Notes: a model not told the origin generated them from the letters alone. Positions 1-7,231 are shown, numbered from the stretch's first letter. The stretch: 13,158 nucleotides of DNA from Candidatus Thorarchaeota archaeon (GCA_048884965.1 JBHLQH010000063.1:1-13158), one strand, 5' to 3'. A program made the numbers and translations.

Positions 1-48
1 ATGTGTTGATAGTGAATCCGATTCCTCGCTCGAGATTTCATTATCCAA
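1..48 (-). CDS. Possible 5' end of a gene running off the left edge (TTG start, MDNEISSEESDSLSTH...)
   Basis: Open frame from TTG at 48 to the window edge, with a TATA-like CTATATTTT about 20-28 nt upstream on the minus strand. Only 16 codons are visible. Confidence 0.25.
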   Translation of the reverse strand, partial: MDNEISSEESDSLSTH

Positions 49-133
49 ATTTAAATTCAATGGATTCAAAATATAGAGTGATGGTTATCTCAACCAGATG
101 ACAATCGCTCTTTCAATACAGAAATTTCACGAA

Positions 134-1015
134 TTAGAGTCCTCGCAAGTATCCTGGTCTCAATTGGGTCTCATCAGCCTCGCTAAGAGTCTTGGTCAGA
201 AGGGTTAACATCCTATCCTTGTCATTCGGCAGTGTTCCTCCTATTGGCAGGTAGTTCGATGCATGATTTGTCCTGAAGATGCAATTCGAAAGCTCGAGGT
301 TCTCAATCAGGTTCTTCAATTCCTTCAGAATTGCCATCGGTTGCATCGGTACGAACTCTCCTCTCTCAAGCAGCTCATGAATTGGAGTTCCCTTTGGAAG
401 CATTAAGGTCAATGCACCAACGTATTCAGGGTCAATCTTGTTCAGGGCTTCCGCAGTCAATTTGGCATGCCTTTCTGATCCACTCTCTCCTCCAAGACCT
501 AGGATGATTGTGAGTGAAAGCGTTATTCCTGCTTCACGGATTTTCTTGCACGCCTCAACATTCTCCTCCATGGTGACTCCTTTTCTAGACCAACGAAGGA
601 GGTTGTCATCTCCGGTCTCGAAACCCAAGTATACAATTCCCAACCCTGCCTCTTGAAGTGCTTTCAAATCTTCCACTGACTTCTCACGAACATCTTTTGC
701 ATAACCGTAGGTGGCGACTCTTTGAAGGGATGGCAGATTGTCGGCGAGAGCTTCAAGGACATCAAGCATCTCTTGGGTGGTCATGGCTAGTGCGTTACCA
801 TCGGCTAGGAACACCCTTGTGACCATCTTCTTCAGAGACCCTGGTAGATTAGAGAGATCCTCTAGGATTCCAGTCTTCCCGCGCACACGGTATTTCTTCT
901 GCTTGTAGGATATGCAGAATGTGCATGCATTGTGTGAGCAACCTACTGTGGCTTGCAGGATGAGGCTGCTTGCCTCACTGGGTGGTCGCCAGATTGAACC
1001 TTCATATCTCAGCAT
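134..1015 (-). CDS. Radical SAM protein of unknown function (RPPSE...GCSHNxCTFC family)
   Basis: 293 aa. Cys motif CSHNACTFC (CX4CX2C) follows RPPSE; later motifs VFLADGNA, YLGFETG, IILGLGG and FRTNHASNYL fit this widespread family. No SPASM or B12-binding domain is visible. Confidence 0.9.
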   Translation of the reverse strand: MLRYEGSIWRPPSEASSLILQATVGCSHNACTFCISYKQKKYRVRGKTGILEDLSNLPGSLKKMVTRVFLADGNALAMTTQEMLDVLEALADNLPSLQRVATYGYAKDVREKSVEDLKALQEAGLGIVYLGFETGDDNLLRWSRKGVTMEENVEACKKIREAGITLSLTIILGLGGESGSERHAKLTAEALNKIDPEYVGALTLMLPKGTPIHELLERGEFVPMQPMAILKELKNLIENLELSNCIFRTNHASNYLPIGGTLPNDKDRMLTLLTKTLSEADETQLRPGYLRGL

Positions 1016-1105
1016 TTGAGTGGAGTATGAGATTCATTACTTATAGAAGAAACGGTACAAGTTACCAATAGATTTTTCAGTACGCTGTGAAGTCTGGCAA
1101 TCTCC

Positions 1106-2405
1106 TTGGAGGGAATGGAATCGAATAGTAACAGATTATTCATTGTATATCCAGTACTACTTTTTCTAGCAATATCTCTCTGGGTAGTACCAATATCAGC
1201 TATTGATTGCAGCAGAGGACACGATATATCCCAAAGTGCCATGCCCACAAGATTAGATCCAATCTCAAACAAGTCATGGTCCGAGGCGACCTTTCCTTAC
1301 TGATATGGATGCCACTGAGGATGGTTATATCTATCTAACAGGCAGATATTCAAGCTATAGTGAAGGCGTAAGCGTGTCGAAGATTGCCAAGGCAGACCTT
1401 CTTGGGAATGTTCTCTGGAGCAAAACATATGAATATCTAACATATGGTTCTTTTGAGCTAGTGGCTGGAACCTCACAAATGATCGTTACTCTTGGCACTG
1501 GATATTTGATTTCAGATTACTTTCTCATTTTGAATGGTTGGGATTCAAATGGAGGATGGCTTTGGAGAGCTTTGCTTGAATGTGATGGAGCTGGGAGTTA
1601 TGTACGTTCTCAAGCCCTCGAGATAGGACCCGAAGGAAATATCTACATCACTGGAATTCAAGGTGAGTCAACTGTAGTTTACAAGGTTTCATCAAGTGGC
1701 GAATCTCTTTGGAACTGTACATTGTCAGATATGACAGGTAGTGCCAATGAACTAATCACAAAGAATGACGGTTCTATGACTGCCCTCTTTGGATTCTACT
1801 CATGCGAGATATCTGCCCTTGGAGTCTTAGGTACGGTTGTTGAGAGCGTTCCCTCGATTCAGTTCTCCGGTCTATTTTCAAATAGTGATATAATTGGCTA
1901 CTATAAATATGAGCCTGCAAAGAATATCACAAGATTTGATTCAGACGGTGAAGTGGTTTGGACATCTAGAATTATGGGCTCTGATTTTGGTGATTCCATG
2001 AGTGATATCGTGAATATCATTTCCGTCAATATTGGTGCATCAGGAAATGTATCGGTTCTCGCAACCTGTCACGTAATGAATGGTGGTTCTCCTGTGGAAA
2101 CACGATATGCATTGTTTCAATATGATTTGATAGGTAATCGGGTTGCATCATGGACAGTCTTGGGTGATAAATATGAGAGCGGACTTGAATACCATTCTAT
2201 TCCAATGACGTACGGAAATGGTGGTTTGTTATACATCAGTGCAGAATGGCGACAGGAAGATTTCGGAATCGATATCTTGGTGTATAATCCAGATTCAGTA
2301 GCTATTCCTGACATTCCTCTTCAGCTCGATCTCATACCAATTGTCATCATTGCAGCAATAATTCTCGTCATCATAGTCGTTGTAGTGGCGAAGAAAAGAG
2401 CTTGA
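1106..2405 (+). pseudogene. Secreted, C-terminally membrane-anchored beta-propeller-like protein, split by a +1 frameshift between ORFs 1106-1303 and 1305-2405
   Basis: ORF1 encodes a signal peptide (RLFIVYPVLLFLAISLWVVPISA) and ends NKSWSEATFPY*. ORF2 has no signal peptide but has propeller-type repeats (DGYIYLTG, GNVLWSKTY, EGNIYITG, GESLWNCT, GEVVWTS) and a C-terminal TM helix followed by KKRA. Removing one base near 1292-1295 fuses the two frames. Confidence 0.7.
1305..2405 (+). CDS. Beta-propeller repeat surface protein with C-terminal TM anchor (main part of the split gene)
   Basis: 366 aa with repeated G-N/E-x-x-W and G-x-I-Y-x-T-G motifs, ending LIPIVIIAAIILVIIVVVVAKKRA. Confidence 0.75.
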   Translation: MDATEDGYIYLTGRYSSYSEGVSVSKIAKADLLGNVLWSKTYEYLTYGSFELVAGTSQMIVTLGTGYLISDYFLILNGWDSNGGWLWRALLECDGAGSYVRSQALEIGPEGNIYITGIQGESTVVYKVSSSGESLWNCTLSDMTGSANELITKNDGSMTALFGFYSCEISALGVLGTVVESVPSIQFSGLFSNSDIIGYYKYEPAKNITRFDSDGEVVWTSRIMGSDFGDSMSDIVNIISVNIGASGNVSVLATCHVMNGGSPVETRYALFQYDLIGNRVASWTVLGDKYESGLEYHSIPMTYGNGGLLYISAEWRQEDFGIDILVYNPDSVAIPDIPLQLDLIPIVIIAAIILVIIVVVVAKKRA

Positions 2406-2423
2406 ATGAAATGCACACTTTTG

Positions 2424-2450
2424 GAGTTGGGATTTTTTCCCAACTCATTT
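2424..2450 (+). terminator. Hairpin terminator after the propeller gene
   Basis: GAGTTGGGA-TTTTT-TCCCAACTC is a perfect 9-bp stem 18 nt after the stop codon, with T-rich flanks. Confidence 0.6.
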
Positions 2451-2718
2451 CCTTCCGTATCTGGAATGACTAATGATGCTATGATATAGGAGTCTTCTTG
2501 TTCTAATTAGCAGTTTCTGGATTGAGCCTTCGACATTGAGCATTCTAAGATATGACAGTAGCTTCTCTTTTCTACATTGCGAGCGTATTTTCATCAGGAA
2601 TGAACACACTCATTCCAATCTCTTTAGGGATTAATGAACAATACATATGACGCGGCTGACAATAGAGCGGATTATATCTGGGATAACGAGGTTTCGATGA
2701 GCAGCTGAAGGATATGGA

Positions 2719-2748
2719 TTTAAACGGGTTCCTCCTTAAGGGAGCCTG
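2719..2748 (+). promoter_or_regulatory. TATA box plus adjacent palindrome upstream of the beta-helix gene
   Basis: TTTAAA at 2719-2724 lies about 45 nt before ATG 2769 and is followed directly by CGGGTTCC-TCCTTAAG-GGAGCCTG, which contains the palindrome CCTTAAGG. Confidence 0.45.
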
Positions 2749-2768
2749 GTAATTAATGGGGATGAAAC

Positions 2769-4085
2769 ATGAAACGATATCTAGTGCTATTTGTTTTCTC
2801 TATTCTTGTAACCAACATATTCAATACTACTAGTCTACCTGTTCGAGAAGTGGATGATGGAATTCCATATCCCACCGATGGGATGACAAGTAGGGTGACT
2901 ATCAAAATCCAAGAAGATGAGGATTATGCATATTATAACATACCTGGCAATGGAACAAAAGCTAATCCGTACATCATTGAGAATTACTTCCTTAACTTAA
3001 ATGGGTCTGACAAGAACTTTGCCCTTGAGATATGGAATAAGGATTGCTATACCATCATTAGGAATTGCGTTTTTCAAGGTAGAAATGATCTTCGTTTTGA
3101 TTCAGGTCCTGATTTCTACTACATGAGAATGGAAGGGGTAGGAATTCAGCTGTATAATGTTGACAATGTCGATATCTATGATTGCTCATTTTATATCTAT
3201 CAAGAGGGTATTGCTCTGATTTCATGCGAAAATGTTACCATCAAAGATTGTAGCTTTCAGAGCATCAGCAATCAGTTGGAGAATCCTGATTTCCCTCCAT
3301 GGGAAGGAACAGCAATTATGCTCCATGAGATGAATCGTGATGTGGTTGTATCGGGAAACCATATAATGCATACCGGGCATGCAATTGCGCTTGCTGAAAC
3401 TCGACATACCGTCATTGAGAACAATACCATGGTTGAATGCATTGTAGGTGTCGAGTCGTTTCATTTCTCACAGTATAATCTTATCACTCGAAATTCTGCA
3501 ATTTTCAATAGGGAAGGCTTGGTGATTGCTAGAAGTACATATACAAATGTTACCTACAATAACTGCAGCTATAACACTTTGGCAGGCATTGTGCTAGACG
3601 AGCTTTCAAGTGACATATACATATCAATGAATGTGGTTGAGCACAATAATGAGAGCGCGACTTCAGAATCCCTCCCTGCATCTCTAGCTTCTCAAGATCT
3701 TGTGATGGGATTAGGGATCTGGATTGCTGAAGGAAGCAGTGGCAACACCATAGAACGAAATAATCTGATTGGAAATGAGATTAACGCAAAGAACGATGTA
3801 GACGGGAATCTCTATGATTATAACTACTACTCAGATTATACTGGATTGGATGAGGACAATGATGGGATTGGTGATACGCCATATAATGTACCCGGCGCAT
3901 CTCCCACTGATGATGTTCATCCTCTATCAGAAGCTCTTGAGATTCACTTCACAACTGTGGATACGAACACAGTGACTCCTACCGTACCTGAGGACTTGGG
4001 TATGGATATAATGACTATTGTGATCGCAGGATTTTCACTTGTTGCAGTGGTTGTTATCGTTGGTATAGTTGTTCGAAAAAGATAG
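2769..4085 (+). CDS. Right-handed parallel beta-helix (NosD/CASH-like) cell-surface protein with signal peptide and C-terminal TM anchor
   Basis: 438 aa. Signal peptide MKRYLVLFVFSILV; GNGTKANPYIIEN cap motif; repeated GIxLxxxxNxxIxxN rungs; NosD-like tail NYYSDYTGLDEDNDGIGDTPY...DDVHPL; Thr-rich linker; TM helix then RKR. Confidence 0.85.
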   Translation: MKRYLVLFVFSILVTNIFNTTSLPVREVDDGIPYPTDGMTSRVTIKIQEDEDYAYYNIPGNGTKANPYIIENYFLNLNGSDKNFALEIWNKDCYTIIRNCVFQGRNDLRFDSGPDFYYMRMEGVGIQLYNVDNVDIYDCSFYIYQEGIALISCENVTIKDCSFQSISNQLENPDFPPWEGTAIMLHEMNRDVVVSGNHIMHTGHAIALAETRHTVIENNTMVECIVGVESFHFSQYNLITRNSAIFNREGLVIARSTYTNVTYNNCSYNTLAGIVLDELSSDIYISMNVVEHNNESATSESLPASLASQDLVMGLGIWIAEGSSGNTIERNNLIGNEINAKNDVDGNLYDYNYYSDYTGLDEDNDGIGDTPYNVPGASPTDDVHPLSEALEIHFTTVDTNTVTPTVPEDLGMDIMTIVIAGFSLVAVVVIVGIVVRKR

Positions 4086-4096
4086 AAGAATTGGAA

Positions 4097-4139
4097 TGAA
4101 TAGGGGTCTGATTCATTACGAGTAGAATCCCCCTATTCA
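4097..4139. terminator. Hairpin between convergent genes (possibly bidirectional terminator)
   Basis: TGAATAGGGG (4097-4106) pairs with CCCCTATTCA (4130-4139), with an inner GATTC/GAATC stem. It sits between the stops at 4085 (+) and 4173 (-). Confidence 0.6.
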
Positions 4140-4172
4140 ACCATAATCTAGAATTGACCTGAAGAAATATTC

Positions 4173-4571
4173 CTATCTGGATTTCTTGGGTAATTCAAGA
4201 ATCCCAAAGATTGTCTCTGGTTCTATGCTTCTACTAAGGTCAATACTTGCAGTCCATAGCCAATCTCTATCCACAAGCTGGAGAGAAAAACCATTATCAC
4301 AAAGGCGTTTCATGAATTCAAGATACATCAAGGCCATCTCAAGAATCTCGTATGGATTGTCATTACTTGATTCAGAGGACTCCATTGGTAATGAGAGCTC
4401 AATCTCGACAACTACTTGATCTTCAGAGTGTCGATTGCGGATCAAAAGCATCCTAAGCCAATCATTCTCAAAAAGAGGTAGCAGTACCTCATCATCTGCA
4501 TTATATTCCAGATCTTTGGAAGGCACAAGCATATGCTGCCTGTACCTTTCCAAAATGCTCTTTCCATCCAT
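4173..4571 (-). CDS. Hypothetical acidic protein, probably co-transcribed with the wHTH regulator
   Basis: 132-aa ORF with a globular alpha/beta-like composition, starting 23 nt after the stop of the HTH gene and preceded by GGAGA. Confidence 0.75.
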   Translation of the reverse strand: MDGKSILERYRQHMLVPSKDLEYNADDEVLLPLFENDWLRMLLIRNRHSEDQVVVEIELSLPMESSESSNDNPYEILEMALMYLEFMKRLCDNGFSLQLVDRDWLWTASIDLSRSIEPETIFGILELPKKSR

Positions 4572-4594
4572 CGGGTCCAGCTGCCTGTTCTCCT

Positions 4595-4849
4595 CTATAT
4601 CGGACCACGTCCGTATTTCATGAAGATTGCCCTAGCCTTCTCAGAATCAACGATATAGCGGGGTCTCCGCATATCCTGCAGGTTAGGTATCGGACGACAG
4701 ACGTCTAAACCTCTAAGATGTCTTAGAGCAAAGCTAACCGTTCGAAGAGGGATGTTTGCTTTCCTAGATATTTCTCTAGGCGAGGCTGGTCCTGTCTGTG
4801 TCAAGAAATCAAGGACCATCAACGCGCTCTCAGGTATTTCTACAGTCAT
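4595..4849 (-). CDS. Winged helix-turn-helix transcriptional regulator, archaeal MarR-like
   Basis: 84 aa. PESALMVLDFL-GPASPREISRKANIPLRTVSFALRHL forms the HTH, and the wing PNLQDMRRPRY carries the DxR motif typical of MarR-type proteins. Confidence 0.85.
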   Translation of the reverse strand: MTVEIPESALMVLDFLTQTGPASPREISRKANIPLRTVSFALRHLRGLDVCRPIPNLQDMRRPRYIVDSEKARAIFMKYGRGPI

Positions 4850-5010
4850 CTTAGTTCAAGATGATGCTCTCAAGATTGAATATAGTTTGACGGTTCTCCG
4901 TAATCGCGGAAACCGGACAAGTTGAGTACAAAATAGACCCAAAACCGAAGCTGAGACTTCGGATTCTTCCCTTTTTCATATGTTACTCTACTTTAATAGA
5001 AGATTTAATC
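4850..5010. promoter_or_regulatory. Divergent promoter region between the wHTH regulator and the GTPase
   Basis: Minus-strand TATATT about 30 nt before ATG 4849; direct repeat TCAAGAT at 4856 and 4870; inverted repeats CGGTT(C)TCCG/CGGAAACCG (4891-4915) and CCGAAG/CTTCGG (4945-4962); plus-strand TTTAAT boxes at 4992 and 5004. Confidence 0.5.
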
Positions 5011-5600
5011 AGAAAGTCCAAGAACCCATCACTTGGAGGACGTTACTGCTGAGTGTCCCTGTCTATAAAGTCCTGTTGATTGGCGAACCGAATGTTGGCA
5101 AGAGCTCAATCATAAGGCATCTCTTGCTTGGTGAGTTTGATGAGAACTACCATGCCACTCCTGGTGTTGACCTCAGTGCGGTAGCCCTCAACGTAGACCC
5201 GATTACTCCCGTCATCCTTACGACTATCGATCTTGGTGGACAATCTGATTTTGGGGAGCTTCGAACTCAATACTATCGAGGAGCACACTATAGTGTTCTT
5301 GTCTATGATATATCTGACAGAGAGACCTTCGAGTGTCTCCCTTCTTGGTACGCAGGTGTCTTACAGAACATCGGAGCGACGGGTTCTTCCAAGGATAATC
5401 TCCCTGGAATGCTGATAGGCAATAAGAGTGACTTAGAAGAAAAGAGACAAGTCCCTTCAAAGGATGGTCGTATCTATGCTGAATTGATCGGTTGGCAATT
5501 CTATGAGGCAAGCGCTAAGACAGGTGAGAACATCAAGGAGATCTTTACCCGTATAGCAAAGGATCTCTTTGCAAAATTCCCTCCACTTGCAAAGGGATAG
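4980..5600 (+). CDS. Rab-like small GTPase (Ras superfamily); true start probably near 5046-5049
   Basis: G1 GEPNVGKS, G2 YHATPGVD, G3 DLGGQ, G4 NKSD, G5 EASAK. Rab-family-like motifs YYRGA and LVYDIS are present. There is no C-terminal cysteine. Confidence 0.95.
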   Translation: MLLYFNRRFNQKVQEPITWRTLLLSVPVYKVLLIGEPNVGKSSIIRHLLLGEFDENYHATPGVDLSAVALNVDPITPVILTTIDLGGQSDFGELRTQYYRGAHYSVLVYDISDRETFECLPSWYAGVLQNIGATGSSKDNLPGMLIGNKSDLEEKRQVPSKDGRIYAELIGWQFYEASAKTGENIKEIFTRIAKDLFAKFPPLAKG

Positions 5601-5607
5601 ATGGGAA

Positions 5608-5862
5608 CTAATCCGTCCTTGGCAATAGCACTGAGTGGCGATTCGTCGGATTAACGCTCCTACCCGGTCCAAATGCATGCTTCGTTGGTTCAAAGTCGCA
5701 ATCAAGGGATGTTGCTGCCCACATATTGCCAGCAAGCTCTCCCTTTCTGCTCTTGGTCCTTCCATTCCCTCTTTTATCAAGTGAAACGCTATAGACATAC
5801 AAGAGTATGCATAAGAAAGCAGCAATGCCAAGAATGTAGAACATCAGCATCTGTACGTTCAC
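5608..5862 (-). CDS. Small single-pass membrane protein (start GTG 5862 or ATG 5850)
   Basis: N-terminal TM segment MLMFYILGIAAFLCILLYVYSV followed by a basic tail (KRGNGRTKSRK). An SD-like GGTGA precedes ATG 5850, and the ORF fills the gap between its neighbours without overlap. Confidence 0.7.
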   Translation of the reverse strand: MNVQMLMFYILGIAAFLCILLYVYSVSLDKRGNGRTKSRKGELAGNMWAATSLDCDFEPTKHAFGPGRSVNPTNRHSVLLPRTD

Positions 5863-5875
5863 CGACCTACTACAC

Positions 5876-5895
5876 TATAGTTATTATTAACTATA
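5876..5895. promoter_or_regulatory. Palindromic candidate operator in a divergent promoter
   Basis: TATAGTTA-TTAT-TAACTATA is a perfect 8-bp inverted repeat between the divergent starts at 5862/5850 and 5986. Confidence 0.55.
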
Positions 5896-5985
5896 ATAAA
5901 CTTTCTGATGGTTGGAATTGTTAAACTTAATAACTACTCATGTCTAGCTCTAATTGGTAGACGAAGTTTCGAGGTGCAATAATAC

Positions 5986-6663
5986 ATGAACAGCATTCAG
6001 AATGATGCATTGGCTCCGCTCTTTTGGGATGAGCTTGAGGAATTATTAGGTCCTATTTTTCAGCCAGTTGTTGGCCCTCTCTTCGATTTTCTACGGGTTG
6101 ATGCCAATCGTCTATTGCTCCTCACAACTATCGTTTCTCTTTGTGTCTTCTTTGTTATCATCACCTACGTCGTATATGAGGTGCCTATCGTCCTCCGGTG
6201 GCTCACTGATGGGAGTTCAAGTCTTTCCGGAAAACCAATTTCTAGTGGAACCAAGCGAGGAACTGCACCATCAACCTCAAGATATTCCACAAAGGCAACT
6301 TCAGCAAAACGAGAAGTAGCGAAAGCAGTTTCTTCAGCTGAGGCTATTGGTGATGTTCATGTCACTTCCGTTCTTGAGAAGAAACGCGACGAGACCATCC
6401 TAACTGTCAATGTCACCAATAAATCTGAACATGAGATTGAGATGGTGGTCGTCGATCTGCGACTTCCTGAAGGTATTGATATCTTGGCAGGAAGCTTCCG
6501 CATGCAAAGGATCGGGACAATCAAACCTGGAAACTCCTCAGCTGCTCATTTCCGACTAAGACATAATTATGGGTCCCTAACAGAACTGTCTGGACAGGTT
6601 GAATTCCTGAGTTCCTCTTATGAGATTACTAAGGTTGACATCCCACAGCCAGAGATTGAATAG
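5986..6663 (+). CDS. Single-pass membrane protein with Ser/Thr/Lys-rich linker and C-terminal Ig-like beta-sandwich
   Basis: SD GAGGTG at 5971-5976; TM segment LLLLTTIVSLCVFFVIITYVVY; low-complexity linker; about 100-aa beta-rich domain with LTVNVTNKS...VVVDLRLPEGI...IGTIKPGNS...FRL. Confidence 0.8.
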   Translation: MNSIQNDALAPLFWDELEELLGPIFQPVVGPLFDFLRVDANRLLLLTTIVSLCVFFVIITYVVYEVPIVLRWLTDGSSSLSGKPISSGTKRGTAPSTSRYSTKATSAKREVAKAVSSAEAIGDVHVTSVLEKKRDETILTVNVTNKSEHEIEMVVVDLRLPEGIDILAGSFRMQRIGTIKPGNSSAAHFRLRHNYGSLTELSGQVEFLSSSYEITKVDIPQPEIE

Positions 6664-6676
6664 GTAGCACAAGCCC

Positions 6677-7195
6677 CTAGTACATCCCGTACCCAGAGTC
6701 CTGCAATCTCTGTGTATGGTCTCCTTTGCCTCTGAACATGCCTACCATATCCATGTGCTGAATATAGTCCTCGTCAAACTTCTTCACTAGAATGCTGTCT
6801 TGATATTTAGCAAGCATGAACCATGCAGCTCCGAAGATAGGAACCACAACCACCAGACATGCAGCAGATCTGAATAGCAATGAGACACCAATACTGATGT
6901 AAATGAAACCCGCTCCGATTGGATGTCGGATCTTTGAGTAGATACCTTTCTTTGGGAAGTCTGTCAAATCCTGGGTTTTGACTTTGGTCTCAGCAAAATC
7001 ATGAGCTGATGCGATATATCGAATTCCCTTGATGCTCCAGTATGCTCCTAATGCGACGAACAATGCTTCCCAGAAGTCGACTCCAAATGTTTGTGTCGTA
7101 AAACCTACCTGGAGCAGAACTAATAGATTCAACCCTCCTAATAAACTGGGAAAGACATTCGTTCCATAACCATCAGCAGTCTTGTAGTCATTCAT
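6677..7195 (-). CDS. Isoprenylcysteine carboxyl methyltransferase (ICMT/STE14/PEMT-like) family membrane protein, divergent
   Basis: 172 aa with about four hydrophobic segments, the family signature GIYSKIRHP, and a C-terminal LVKKFDEDYIQH matching the LxxxFGxxYxxY pattern. Confidence 0.8.
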   Translation of the reverse strand: MNDYKTADGYGTNVFPSLLGGLNLLVLLQVGFTTQTFGVDFWEALFVALGAYWSIKGIRYIASAHDFAETKVKTQDLTDFPKKGIYSKIRHPIGAGFIYISIGVSLLFRSAACLVVVVPIFGAAWFMLAKYQDSILVKKFDEDYIQHMDMVGMFRGKGDHTQRLQDSGYGMY

Positions 7196-7231
7196 GTGTC
7201 GCTACGACCCTCACTACTCGATTGTCTGGAA

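Noticed and set aside
1301-1303. TGA as a selenocysteine codon joining the two propeller ORFs
   Set aside because: The downstream ORF is in a different frame, so read-through would not join them.
2634-2708. C/D box sRNA suggested by repeated ATGA...CTGA
   Set aside because: There is no full RUGAUGA C box, and the guide spacing of 4-5 nt is far too short.
2769-4085. True nosD of nitrous oxide reductase maturation
   Set aside because: There are no nosZ/F/Y neighbours, and the C-terminal anchor fits a generic beta-helix surface protein.
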